Source: Anthoceros angustus (lineage: Eukaryota > Plantae > Anthocerotophyta). From it: 64,000 bases of DNA. This document shows positions 48,962-62,332 of this stretch, in pieces. The stretch is from contig MU008162.1 of assembly GCA_010909165.1 (NCBI GenBank), positions 62,001-126,000 of the forward strand, given 5' to 3'. How positions within the stretch are numbered: position 1 is the stretch's first letter; the number at the start of each line of letters is the position of its first letter. Position numbers and translations under genes: made by a program. The notes beneath the pieces were generated by a model that was given only the letters and a program-made list of their open reading frames with translations, was not told the origin of the DNA and did not search any database.

Positions 48962-51661
48962 TCAATCTGAGTCACTATCCTCGCTGCACATGGCCTTCAG
49001 GCCCCTTGGCTTTTGCTGGAATCACAAAAAAAACCGAGTCTCAGTACAAAGGTCTTCGAATCAACCAAGCTCCACAATGCAATTGCAAAGCACACTGCTG
49101 GGACATTCACCTTCTTCACTGACTTCTTTTCCCTAACTTCGTACCGCTCAGGCGTCATGTCACAGAGAAATGACCCCGGGTATATAAACTGAAGACCACA
49201 ATAAGCAAGTGTGCTCAGAACAGAGGAAGGTGGCAATGAGCAAACAAAAGAACTGATAATTCATTTGCGGCAACAATCAAGAGTGCAATTGACAAGTCCA
49301 ACAGTATAGCCAACAGTTCACTTACTTGTAAACCCTTCTCCACAGCCTTTGGCCTCTTCTTGGGCCTTTGGGGAAGCTTACTCCCCTTGATTGCCATGAA
49401 ATCATCCTCTTTCTCCTTCCGAGTCAGAGGTATCACGATCTTGGGCCACTCAAACTGGTCCAGATTCAGCTTCTCCGCTGTCCGTGGCCTGTCCTCTTGA
49501 TTGTCAGCTTCCCTCCGAACAGTGGGTGATGTATGGGCTCGCAAAGGACCCCCACTCGTAGTTGCTAAGCAGGCATCATCCTTGCGAGCTTTGTCAGCCT
49601 CTTCCATTGTGTGCTGACGACTACTTGATGGGCAAGGGTTACTGTCACTTGCAGCAGCACCGTTGCCACCTTCTCCCGATCTAAACATAGTCCACACACA
49701 TTACTTGGGTCAGGCTGCTGGCACAATCAAACCTTAGCAACAGCACCACAAGGGAGGACAGAGTAGTGCAGAACTCACCTCCTCCCAGTGGCAAGGGTGT
49801 TGTTCTCCTGAGCGCTAGGGGTTGGAGGTATCACGACGTTTGTCCTAGATTGAACAGCCGCCTGGGCTTGGCCTTGTGCTGCCCCAACTTGCTTGTCTGC
49901 TCTAACAAGGTGTCTATCCACTCTAATGCTCTTCTTCAAGGGGCCTGCAGAATCCTCGGCACCACTTTGCCTTCCTCGTAACCGTTTCCTCTGTCCCCAC
50001 TGCAACATGAGGTCACCGCCGTCCTGCTTCTGCTGAAGGTCAGCTCTCAAATCCTCTCGAACGTGTTCTACGCTACTCTCACCGCTCTTCTTGTCCCGAT
50101 CTTCTTGCGCCTTAGCCTGATGCGACGTCTGGGCGCCCTTGACCCTGCCGCCAGGCATCTTCACCACCTTCCCATGGAGGAGATTGGAGGGTTTGGCAGC
50201 ATCCTCACGCTCATCCTTCTTGGCAGGCTGCTTCACGGGCGTCTTCTTGCCGGTTGCTTTGACGCCATGCTCCAAGCTGGCCGCAGTATTCCTGCGCAGG
50301 GGCACACAATGCAAGCAAAACGGCAATGAGTACAACAACCTCTTGCCTAGCACTCAACTCCGACGCATCCAACACCAAAAGGCGGCTTCAAATGACACAT
50401 CTCCCACACACTCTTTGCTGCTTTGCTACTCAGGAAACAAGAGGCTAGTACGTACGCCTCAGGGGCAGGCAACAACAAAACTGCAGTCATCGGATCGTTC
50501 GCAAAACCGCCTGACAGCCCCATCACACACAACACAAGGTCCGCAATCAAGCACCGCGCCGGGAGCCGGAGCCGGAGCCAAGCCAAGCCAAGCAAGGCCG
50601 GCGGCCAGGACCCGCTGAAAGCAATGCTTTGCAGACAGGATGCCCTCGGCAGCGAAACTGTTGAAGGTGGGAAGGCAGGCCCAGCACAACCGCAGATTTG
50701 GCAGCCAAAGCGGCAAGGCAGGGCAGGGCAGGCAGGCAGGCAGGGCAGGGGCACCCTGCTCTGCGCCTCGGCTCACTACCAAGTGCGCAAACACACAAAC
50801 ACGACGGACGCCATTCCCTTAAGAAGAACCCAGCCACCAGCGCTACCGCAAACAACACTCGCAGAGATCCAGCCGATCAGAGCAGAGGCAGAGGCAGACA
50901 GAAAGCGGCACCGTGTGCAAGGAATATACAGCAGCACTCAGTCGGCGACTTGTCCCGAGCCGCAACCAGATCAAATGCCGAGGAACGAAACGGAGTCCCT
51001 CCTAGTAGCGATTGAGGTATCCACCTAAAGGCCAGAGAGAGCAGGCAGGCGTAAAAGCACCAAATCCGTTGCGAGCAGCAAAGACCGACCGAGCACTTCA
51101 CACAGCGGGGGCGAGGCCTATCTCATCTCCCACCCCGCCGTCCTGCCGAGGACAGGCGCAAGGCCGCGCAGAATTGTCCCTCAACCACACACAAAAACAC
51201 AAACACACAGCCGCGAATGCGACTGTCGGCTACATGCGGCAGGAGGAGGGGGAGAAGGAATCTGAGGAGGCAGGCGTAGGAGACCGAGAGGGACAGCAGG
51301 ACAGCAGCACCGCCGGAGCGGAATGGAAGCCAGCACTCGGCCCGGAACACACGACACAAAATTGATATCGCCAGCGATCACACAACCAGCAGAAGGCAAG
51401 CAAACGCAGGGAAAAAGAAAAGTGAGCAGAGCCCGAGCCGCTGCCCTGCCCTGCCCTTCCCTTCCCTGCCTCCACCCCGGGGCTCAAGAAACCTGCTGCG
51501 ACAGCAATGAAATCTAGTCCCGGACCAGACCGGCGGCACAGGAGCAACAAGAACACCGGGCCGCGGCCCCAGGCAAGCGCAGGAAACAGCACAATTCTTG
51601 AATCCGCGCAGGCCTCCTGCGGGAGAGCAGCAAGCAAGAAGAAGAGCGCAACAAACCTCAT
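48962..51661 (-). CDS. DUF1639 family protein
   Basis: DLMLQWGQRKRLR, WPKIVIPLTRKEKEDDFMAIKGSKLPQRPKKRPK, FIYPGSFLCDMTPERYEVREKK, terminal KPRGLKAMCSEDSDSD*. Start inferred as ATGAG|gtttgt at 51661 spliced to cag|GAATACT at ~50292. Confidence 0.85.
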
Positions 51662-53799
51662 GGTAGATGCCCGGGCGGCCCGGCAATCTTTCCGTGCAAA
51701 CCGAGTGCGCAGCCAGGCCGCGCTGCATGTGAGGCGGCAATGGCCCGGACACCCCGAGGCAGCGGGCACACAAATCCGACCCCGGCCAAGCGGATTGAGC
51801 AACCTAGTCTCAAGAACCCGGGCTTACAGCCGCCCCGCCTCCGGCTGCCAGGGGCATTCAGCACCAAATCAGCGCCTGCCTGCGCCGGATTGGCAAGGCA
51901 GCAGGCCCTAGCGCACAATCCCTCACAGGCTCTCCTTCCTCCACTCCACTCCACCGCTTCTCCTCCTCCTCTTCCCCTTCCTCTTCCTCTTCCACCTCCG
52001 GACCTCCTCTCCTCCGAATCCGGTCACAGCAGCTTCATTCACCTCACAGCGGGAGCAGCAGCAGCAGCGGCGCAGGAGAGGCTCGGTTGCGGCAGCCAGG
52101 GCAGCATAGCAGGCAAGATCGGCGCACCACCATGCTGCTGCCGGGGACGGAGCTGAGCAGCGTCAGGGGACCGAGCATTTGCAGCGCGCTGCGCAGCGAG
52201 GGAGGGGGAAGCTGCAGGGCTGCAGGGCGAGGCGAGGGCGCGAGGGCAGGCAGCCTCTGAGGCAGGGAAGAGCAGCGCAGGGCAAGGGCAGGACGCTGGC
52301 CAGGGCAGGGCAGGGCAGGGCTGGCTCAAGTGCACACGCGCTCTGTCTGCCTCCTCTCTTCGCCACTTCTCTATCTCTGTCTACCACAACAACACGGCCT
52401 CGGCCTCAGGCCCTCAGGCCCTCAGGCTCAATGCTCTTGCCTTCGCATTCGCTTCTCTCTAACAACCCAGCCTACCCTCTTCCCGTTTATGTTAACCCGG
52501 TCCCATCCCTGACTCCAAAATTTCTCCAAACGTTTTAACCTCATTTCATATTCATTTCTCTGCTCGTCCCGCCACCAGCCCTGGTCAATTTCGGCCTCTT
52601 CTGCACTCGGGGTTCAAACCAATCCTGCCTTCCTCCACAAGACATCCCATCGCACCATTACTCTATGTGTAACTTTTTATTATTAAGGAAAGAGGACATG
52701 CTGAACCCTCCTCTAAAGGACATTAAAGGGAGACCCAAGGATAAGGAGCAACATAGCTAGGGAGATTGAATGGCCTATATATTACTGAACTAATAGAAGA
52801 TGCATCTCCGAGGTCGCTGTTGTCCATAAGATAGCCCCTGCAAGTGCCCTTTGAAGGGCAATGGACACCCACTACCGAAAGAATGATGTGAAGTAGGAGA
52901 GATGTAGCTCCGCTTCGTATCTCCTTGCAAGCTATGCTTTGACACAATACTTGACAAAATTATCAAAGTCTTAAGGCAATGTCCCATAAGTCTCCAAGGC
53001 AATCGGGATGAAGAAGTGGCTTGCCTGCATTCTCCTATACTTAATAACTTTAGAAGCTGCCACTCAAGCTGCCGCCCAACCTAGACAGTTAAGGATAAAC
53101 CATCGTCATTCAGTGACCACACGGCACCAAACCATGAAAACAAGAATCAAAGATCAACATGTTGCTATAAAGACTTTGATAAATTTACCAAGTCTAAATC
53201 GGTTGAACTTGAGAATATTGAGTCTTGGAAAGTGCTTTTGCCACAGCTTATAGAAGTACGAGTGGCATTTGAGCCAGGTTTGCCTGCTCCATTTGTTGCT
53301 TTTAGTCTAGAAAGATCCCCCTATAGTTTAGATGTCAAGGAGTTTGAACAGCTCCACATTAGGTAAGCGCTCAGCAAGCATCTGGGAAAGCCTATTCATC
53401 CATGCCGCTGCTGGCAAACCTGAGGTTGGCTCTCTAGAGTGTTTTAGGGCTTATGTTAGCCTCACATTGATTTGTTCATCTCTACCAAATCACATCCAAC
53501 GACAAGCACAATTTTATCTTATCTGAGCCATGTATCACCTTGGTCAACCTGATTACCCCCTTATTTCAAAATTATCCGCTGATTTTTCGAACTAGTTTAA
53601 TTTTGTAATAGTTCAGTTCTGAATTAGTTTGCTCAGTAGTCGGGCTTGAATTTGCCACATCATTTCCACATAAGTGCCATATCAAAGCCTTGTAAGCCAA
53701 TTGTTCACAAATTAAAGCCCATTCTAGAGTATAATTGACAGATTTCGCCAATTTGTAGTAGCTTAACCTAGGACGTCTCCATACCAAATTAAACTATGG

Positions 53800-55373
53800 A
53801 TATGAACTACATAGGAAAAGCCATTTAGTTCCCTTGAACTGAACCGTCTACCAACTACGCACAACTAAAATGAACCAAACCCGTTCAGCCAAATACCGAA
53901 CAGTTCATTCACATACGGAGAATTCGTACACTTAATTCACGAACCGGTTAGAGAACACTTGATTTAGAATTTGACTATTCTCATCTTAGTTCTTATCCTT
54001 CATGGATTCGAGAACTGGTTAATTTGAATAGTTTATGCACAAACTTGATAATTCGTATACTTGAACTATACTATAGTTCACACCAATCGGGGAATACAAT
54101 AGTGTCTTTAGTTAATTCGAATAGCTCATTCACAAACTGGATAACTCGTACACTTAATTTGTGAAGTGGTTAGCGAACAATTCATTCACAAATTCCATAA
54201 TTCATATACTTGATTGGCGAACAATATACTTGATTCACGAACTTGATTAATTAGTACAATTGATTTGCAAACTGTATACTTGATTCTCCAAACTAGATAA
54301 TTCGTATACTTGATTCGCAAACCGTATGCTTGATTCACGAACTTGGATAATTAGTGCCCTAATTCGCGAACTGTATACTTGATTCACAAACTCGAGAGAG
54401 TTATTACGCGCAAAACATTTTCTCAATACACTTGAACTTGATTCATGAACTCGAATGAGTTCTTACGCGAGACATTTTCTCAATAAACTTGAACTTGTGT
54501 GCATTTAATTCGTGAACTTGAGTGAGTTCTAATTTGCTAGACATTTTCTCTATATACTTGAACTTGTTCTCATGCGTGAGACATTTTCTCAAAAAACTTG
54601 AACTTGATTTGCAAACTATATACTTGATTTACGAACTATATACTTGACTCGAGAATTGGTTATTCTTCACTTTTAATTGCGAGATATATTTGCTATAAAC
54701 TTGAACTTGAACTTGATTCGCAAACAATGTACTTGATTCACCAACTATTTTCACCATAAACTTAAACTTGATTCGAAAACACTATACATGATTTACTAAC
54801 CGCCATATATTTTCTCAATAAACTTAAACTTGATTCGAAAACATTGTACCTCATTTGTGAGCTGGTCAATATTCTTAACTTAGTTTGTATACTTCATTTG
54901 CGGATCTTAACTTAGTTCGTATACTTCATTTGTGGACCTTAACTTAGTTGGTATACCTCATTTGCAGATCTCAACTAGTTCAGATACTTCATTCCTGGAT
55001 CTTGACTTACTTCATATACCTCATTTATTACTACAGATAATTATTTTCTTTTTGTATTCTTCCCGAACTAATTAAATAACATCTAATTCTATGACCCACT
55101 TAAAATGCACTTCATTCATGGATCTTGACTTACTTCATACACTTCATTTATTACTACAGATGATTATTTTCTTTTCCAATTTTTTTCGAACTAATTAAAT
55201 AGCATCTATATTCTATGAACCACTTAAAATGACTGAACACCACCTAAAATGATTCAATGCCACCTAAAATGACCGAACTCGATCACCGAAGTGTTACCAC
55301 ATAAAATGTCCTGTCCGACATAAAATGTCCTGTTGCAACAATAGAAACTCGTTGCAACAATTCTTAACCCTAG
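53800..55373. repeat. AT-rich degenerate minisatellite region (core 'tatacttgattcRcgaac') with ~120-bp direct repeats at ~54985-55230
   Basis: Many 'acttgattc' units, no ORFs, sharp drop in GC. Confidence 0.75.
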
Positions 55374-55406
55374 TCTAAGATTTCTCAAAAGAGCGGAGCT
55401 CGACAG

Positions 55407-55479
55407 TGGAGAAGACGGGCATCGATCCCGTTACCTCCCGTATGCGAAACGGGCGCTCTACCATTTGAGCTACTCCCCC
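55407..55479 (-). tRNA. tRNA-Ala(CGC), intronless
   Basis: Reverse complement GGGGGAGTAGCTCAAATGGTAGAGCGCCCGTTTCGCATACGGGAGGTAACGGGATCGATGCCCGTCTTCTCCA folds as a cloverleaf with G3:U70 and anticodon CGC; a T4 terminator lies downstream at 55387-55390. Confidence 0.95.
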
Positions 55480-56147
55480 AGGCGTGTCAATTGGCGAGGT
55501 CTAAAAGACTATATCACAATGTGTAAATTCTTAGGGCCCCAAAGGCTACTGCGCGTTGCGTTGACCTGGTATGGAGAATGGCACGACGCTCATTTTCAAA
55601 CTTCCCTTAGAAACGGCGAAGTTTCTCGGCTGCCATGATCGAGTCCAGCTGCATTGGAGAAGACCGTGTAATCGATGTCTGATTCTGCCGCCCAATTCCT
55701 GGTTGCATCGGTGATGGGGCAAGGCCTTGTTCACCTGGGGTGGTGAGTCTCCCGATCCAGAGTCCCGGCAGAAATCGTGCTTCAAATGAAGCACAGACAC
55801 TTGTCTTGTGAAAGGCAGGATGGAGGAGCTCAAAGCCGATGAATGAAGGACTTGCCCCAGATGAACTCATTCCCGTGACGATGCCATGTAGCATTGTAGC
55901 GTGACCTAATGGCCTTCGTTGCAAACCAGGGCTCCAGCCCTAATATTTCCGACGAGGAGAATGCGGTGGGCGTTTCAAAAATTTTACCGTTTTATTTCAC
56001 GGTAGCGGGAATGAGGTTAGGTATGATGGGCGGTGGCGTGCCTTCTTGACGCCTTCCTGGCTTGCGTTGCCTGGCCTGCATGCCAGCTTAGAGATGGGGT
56101 AGTTTTGGGGTTGTGGATCAAGGCAGCAGCCGGAGCGGGAGCAAGCA

Positions 56148-59100
56148 ATGGCCAGCCTCGTCCCCAACCATGTGTTTGGCCTGAAGGGGGGCCTGAAGGA
56201 TTCGGTGCAGTTTGTGGACGACACCACGTACGTCTACGTCGCAGGGCACCATGTGGTGCTGGTGAACACGGAGCTGAAGCACCAGAAGGTGATATCGGGC
56301 AGCCCGGACACGGACGGGATCACGGCCATCGCGGTCAGCCCCAGCAAGAGATATGTGGCAGTTGCGGAGAGGTGTCCGCTGTCGCAGGTGGGGGTGCTGA
56401 GCCCGCGGCCCGGGGACCTGGCCCCCCGGGGCTCGGTGAGCGCGGAGCCCAGGGGGTCGCTGATCGATGCCAGAGGCTCTCTTGTAGGGCAAGATGGCAA
56501 GCCCCTGGCCGCCGCCGCGGGGGACGGGAAGCCGGCCGTGCTGGATGTTAAGGGACCCATTATCTCCATCTACGAGGCCTCCACGCTGAAGAAGCGGCGG
56601 GTTCTGTCCGGCAGCGAGGTGTTGCAGGGCACCAGGGAGTATTCTTCCATCTGCTTCAGCGCGGATGGGAAGACCATCGCGGCCCAGGGCGGGCCGCCTG
56701 ATTACCACCTGGTCATCTGGAGCTTGGAGAAGCTCAAGGTTCTGGCCTCCTGTAAGTCCTCCTCAGGAATGGCCAGCATCGACCAGGTGGGTATTCTTAA
56801 TGCTTCCGCGCTGTGAGCAGAGGCTGCATGCTTGGCCTGGAAACCGAATTCTGACACCAACCCATCTGCTCTTTTGTTAGATATTGTACTGCCCCGAGGA
56901 TTCGTCTCACATCACGGTTGTGGGCAAAGAGTTTGCCAAGGCGTTTCGATCCACGGACCTGTCGCTCAGGCAAATAGCTAATGCCTTGGCTAAGCGAGAT
57001 GGGCAAAGGTTTCCCTGCCATGTGTGGTTGTGCGAGCCCAGGGACCCCGAGGATGAAGAGGCCCCAGAGAAAAAAGAGGGCCAACTGTCTGGCTGCCTAT
57101 ATTCGTGCGAAACCGGAGAGCTGCTCTACGTTGAAGGTGGGGAGGTACGTCTACCTTTGATCTGCACTTAAAAAATCCTCAAACAACACAAAAGGCCACA
57201 CTTTCTACAAGCAATCCCAGAAGTCTTCATCCTCATACTTTTAAAAACTTCGGTCCCACACAAGAAAACAGGAAAACACTAGTTGCATAAGGAAAAACTG
57301 AAGTCTAAAGTCTTTAGAGTCCAACCTACAGTGCAGCCCAAGAAACACTAGAAAGGTTGAAAGGTTGAAGTCTTTAGAGAAGGTTGAAGTCTTTAGAGAA
57401 GGTTGAAGTCTTTAGAGAATATTGAACTCTTTAGAGTTGAATTTAGGATGAGAAAGCTTGAATTTCTATAGGTACTTCATACCATCTTGCTCTTTCATAG
57501 TTCATCCTCATTTAAAGTTATAAAAAGTATTTTTGATTAAAAAAACTTAAATTTATTATATTATGATAATCTTATCACATAATTTTATTTTGTACCATTT
57601 ATGGAGAAGATATCATGGTGAGATGCAATGCTCTTATATCCAACTATTCTTGTTCTTCATAGATTGTATGTACAATACCAACGGGTAGCAATAAAGAACC
57701 AGGACCAGTAGTCGAGATCATTATTCTTTATTCGAAAGGTTTCTTATGTGGTGAACAAGGAGGAAATATTTCAATGTGGGAAAGAGTTGAAGAACCTGAG
57801 ATGAAAGAAGGGTTTAGGAAGAACAGGTCATTCAAGGTGGATTCCACCAATGCTAAAATATGTAGCATGGCAATATCGCCTAACGAAGACATGCTCATAT
57901 GTGCACTGGATAATAATCAACTCATCACAATACCCTTTCAAAATGAGTTTTTGTTCAAAGAAAATGAAGTTCCAAAGGACATTCTTATTCAGGTATATGA
58001 AACTGAATATTATTTTGCGATAACTCTCTGAGTTTACTTATGTACTGCAAAATAAATAGGATATGGAGTGAAACCATTTCATTTTTATTTTTATAGCAAG
58101 GATCTTTACTCATAATCCATAATCGAACCATTTCATCTTGCTTGCAGCCGTTCCATTTTCAGACAATAACAGGCATGGATGCTTGTTTGCGAAAACCAAT
58201 AGTTGTAACATGTAGTACAGATAAAAGTATTCGCATATGGAATTATGTTGAAAAACGATGCGAGCTATGCAAGTTCTTTCCTGAAGAAGCTTATTCCATA
58301 TCATTGCATCCAAGTGGTTGGTATTTTATATCTTATAATTTTCAAATATTACTCAATAAAATATACTAATTATGTATAGCCTTTTTCCACTTGATGTGCA
58401 GGTCTTCATATTTTAGTTGGGTTCTTTGACAAGCTAAGGTTAATGAATCTTCTAATCGATGATATAAAAATGGTTCGAGAGCTAAGCATCAAAGCTTGTC
58501 ATGAATCAACTTTTAGCAATGGTGGACAGTATTTTGCAGCAGTAAATAGCAATGCTATCCAAATATTTTCTACATATTCATGTGAGAATATTGGAAACCT
58601 ACGAGGGCATGGTGGCAAGGTACATTACTCGATCCAGTTCCAACCTTTGAAAACTTACCAAATGTTGTGGCAGTTCCAACACATGCTGTGCCTCTGCACC
58701 TCATATACTCACTTTGAAATTATTATTATTATTGAGTCAAAATCATAATATTTTCAGGTTCGTACTATTTGGTGGTCAGCAGATGATTCTACAATGGTGA
58801 CTGCCGGTGTAGATGGAGCAATTTATGAATGGAGAGTGAAGGACTATAAAAGAATAAGAGAAAATGTGATTAAAGGAACTGTATATACAGGAGTAGTCGG
58901 CCTAGTTGACTGTAAGTCATTTTTCGCAGTTGGATCCGATAAAAAGCTGAAGGAAGTTGATGAAAATCAAGTGCTTAAGGTACAACCTTTATTTATTGCA
59001 TCACGAATCTTGCAAAGATGAATATTTGCTCCTTCATGACCTTCGTTACACCCTAACAGGAATACAATAGCAATGTGTTGTTGACCCAAATTGCTCTCCC

Positions 59101-62100
59101 CAATGCAAGTCGGCTACTGTTTGCGGGAACACAACTAGGTGGTGTTCGTGCTTATAGATATCCACTAACAGGCACGTTGGTACGCCATTTACTCTTCCAC
59201 ATGCATTATCATTTCGGCAAATTGAATTAGCTTGAGCTGTAGTTGATACATTTTTATTTCTTTTTGATGCTCGATTTGATTTGTTTCTTACATCACAAAT
59301 GTCTTTTGATGACATCTCATGAAACAAATTTCTGTTTGTGTTCAGGAGAATTCCAAGAAGTACAAGCTAGCACGGGGGCAATAACTAGATTATGTATTTG
59401 TTGCAATGATACTCTTTTATTAACTACTGGAGAAGATGGAGTTTTAACGGTCTTTGACATTAGAGATAAGGAAAGGGCACTAGCCACGAGTATTCTACGA
59501 CGAGAAAAGGATTCTATAAATTGGGCTGATGAAGTATTGGTACCTAAATATGATCTAGAAGAGATCAAAGGGCATGTCCAGGAGCTTGAACAAATGGTAT
59601 ATACCAAGCCTATTTATCATTTATTGGAAACCGAATAGTAACCGAATAGTACATGGGCTAACTTGAGACCTATCAGGTGAAAGAACTTCAAAATCAAAAT
59701 GAGTATCAATTGCGCTTGAAGGACATTACGTCACATGAGCTCATCAAGGACCTCACTGAAAATTTTCAAAAGCAATTGAGTGACGCGAACGAACGTTATG
59801 AGAAATTTGTGTTACAAAAAAATGAAGAGGTTGTGATCCATTTAGTAGTGTGGACAATAGCAAACTTGTTGCAAATTTATCAAAAGTATTTCTATATTGT
59901 AATCTAACTTTGATGTGGTTATAGGGATTGGAAGTGGAGGATAAACAAGTAAAACTCGAGGAGAGACATTTGAAGCATATTGCTGAATTAGAAGATCTAT
60001 TTCAACAAAAAATGCTTATTGAAGTTGAGAGGTACAAGAAACCATCTTTTCTTTTTTCATCTTCTACTATTAATCTAATTAATTTTCTGTAACTAAACTT
60101 GACATGTTTTACAAGTACAAATGATCGTCAGATACGCAGGATTAAGTCTTGAGAAACAACTCCAAAACGAACAATGGCAGGAACAACACTTGGGACTTGT
60201 AGATCAACACGAGAAAGTTCTTCAGGTTTATGTCCAAATGTTGTAAGATACTATTAAAGAACTTTGTTTCTCGTAAATAAATCTCAAGATAATATACGAC
60301 AGGATCTAACAGAGGATTATGAAGCAAAACTACAAGTGGAACAAGTTTTCATCCAAGAACTACAAATAGAATTGGAGCAAATAAAAGCAGATTTTGCAGA
60401 AATAAAACGCCAAACTGAGGAAGATACAGACCTTGAGATTGAAGATTTGAAAGAAAAGTACATAACTCTTTGATGAAGTCCTTCATGTTTGAGGATTTTA
60501 GATTTAAATAAATTCCCATTGTGATGAAATATGCTTCAATAGGTACGAGACCATTATTACTGCGGAAAAGGAAGCACAATTACGATTAAAAGGAGAAAAT
60601 AGCATTATGAAGAAGAAGTTTAATGAGTTTTTGAAGGATATTGAAGAGCAAAAGAATGAGATAAGAGCCTTGTTCGAACAAAAGAAAGAGTTATATCAAG
60701 CAATTGCTGCATTTGAACGAGATATACAGTATGGACGGCAACCATCTTCAATACTCTAATCTATCTTTGTGAATCATTGATTTTACATCTATCCAATGAT
60801 GTCACTTGCCTACAGACAATTGAAGAGAGATATTGTTGAGCGTGACGAAACAATAGGAGAAAAAGAAAAGCGTATATATGAATTAAAGCGGAAAAATCAG
60901 GTCATATACGTGATTAATTTCAGTTTACATCTATGTTTGCAACATGTTGCAATTCCATGCTCATGTGATTGGCAAAATGCTTGCAGGAACTTGAGAAATT
61001 TAAATTTGTTCTAGACAACAAAATCAAAGATCTCAAACAACAAATTGAGCCAAGAGTAATTGAATTACAGAATTGTAAAAATGAAATGCAAAACATGGAG
61101 AAGGAACTAGAAAGGTAAATATTAGTTTTCAAGGCGATAGTTTTTGAATATTTGAAATATTTTTAAATCCTTCATTTAACTGCAGATCACACCACTCTAT
61201 TTCCAAAAAGGAGTTGATCATTACAGATCTAAAATTAAAACTAGATGGGTTGACAAGAGAAGATATTGTACTTCGACGGATTTTGCAAGACAGAAATAAT
61301 TTCATTAAATATTTTGGACATGATGTATATGAACTTGGACAATATATTGCGGTAAGTATTGTGATCTTACAAAATAATAAAGTAAACTAACATTTTATTT
61401 GCGAAAACACTAATCCTTTTGTATTATAGGATCCTGTGGGACTGAAGGGAGCTGTTAAATCTTTATATGCAAAGTATGTCACTGATAAGACCAAAGCAGT
61501 AGAAATAGATGAAGATCTTCTAAGAGAGAACACGAGACAACGAGATTATTTAGAACGGACGGTAATATGTCAAGTTCAATTATTTTTATTGGATGTATTA
61601 TTCATTTACCTAGTTCAAAATTGTACTACATTCAAATTCTCTAAAATATTTTGTGTTTAATATATACAGGTAACTGGTCTTCAAAGAAAAATGAACAAAG
61701 ATGATTTTGTACATCATACAAGTCACTTAAAATTGATGCACGAGAATGTTGTACTTATAAAAGAGTTGAATGAATTAAGACGAGAACTAAGGTCAATGAA
61801 ACTTACTTCTCATAAGGGGTTACCTAATAAAGTGGAAAAACCAGATGTACTAGTGGAGGATTCTCAAGCAGAAGACAACAAGCTACATACAATGGTTGTT
61901 GATAAAATGAATGAAATTGAGATGTTATTAAAACAAATAAAACAGCTACGAAATGAGTTAGATGTAAAGAAAGAACGAATCGAGTATTTGGAGTTTTTAA
62001 TTGCTGAAAGCGAAAGAGTAAACATGAGACCTGGATCTAGAGAAGAGTTACCTCCAATGGACCAACCGGATCTAAGTGATGAGAATAGAAAATCACCTAA

Positions 62101-62332
62101 ATTAGAAGTTGTTCATGAAGAATTAACTGATCCTTTGTCTCACCGATCAGAAACAAGCTCTGAATTGTCTCATCCGGCAGAAACAAGCTCTGAATTGTCT
62201 CATACGGCAGAAACAAGCTTTGAATTATCTCATCAAGCAGAAATGATGGAACCAGAAAGAATGGGACAACAAAGCACTAATGTTAGTACAAATGTGAAAG
62301 AAATGGAGGTTACAGTTGCGACAGAAGAGTGA
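56148..62332 (+). CDS. CFAP57: Cilia/flagella-associated protein 57 (WDR65/FAP57): WD40 N-terminus, coiled-coil C-terminus, ~16 exons
   Basis: [143 protein letters not shown]. Confidence 0.95.
57350..57440. repeat. Short tandem repeat (~19-bp unit, gaaggttgaagtctttaga) in a CFAP57 intron
   Basis: Three near-perfect copies plus a degenerate fourth. Confidence 0.8.
62135..62242 (+). repeat. 30-bp coding repeat ([10 protein letters not shown]) in the CFAP57 C-terminus
   Basis: 'cagaaacaagctctgaattgtctcat' repeated about 3.5 times in frame. Confidence 0.8.

Noticed and set aside
50400-52540. Many overlapping 100-200 aa ORFs
   Set aside because: Low-complexity GC-rich intron/UTR sequence of the DUF1639 gene; stop codons are simply rare there.
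55546-55960. ncRNA (snoRNA, telomerase or MRP RNA) or small ORF between tRNA-Ala and CFAP57
   Set aside because: No proper C/D or H/ACA boxes, telomere template or snRNA-type promoter recognised, and the ORFs have no motifs. An Rfam search would be needed.
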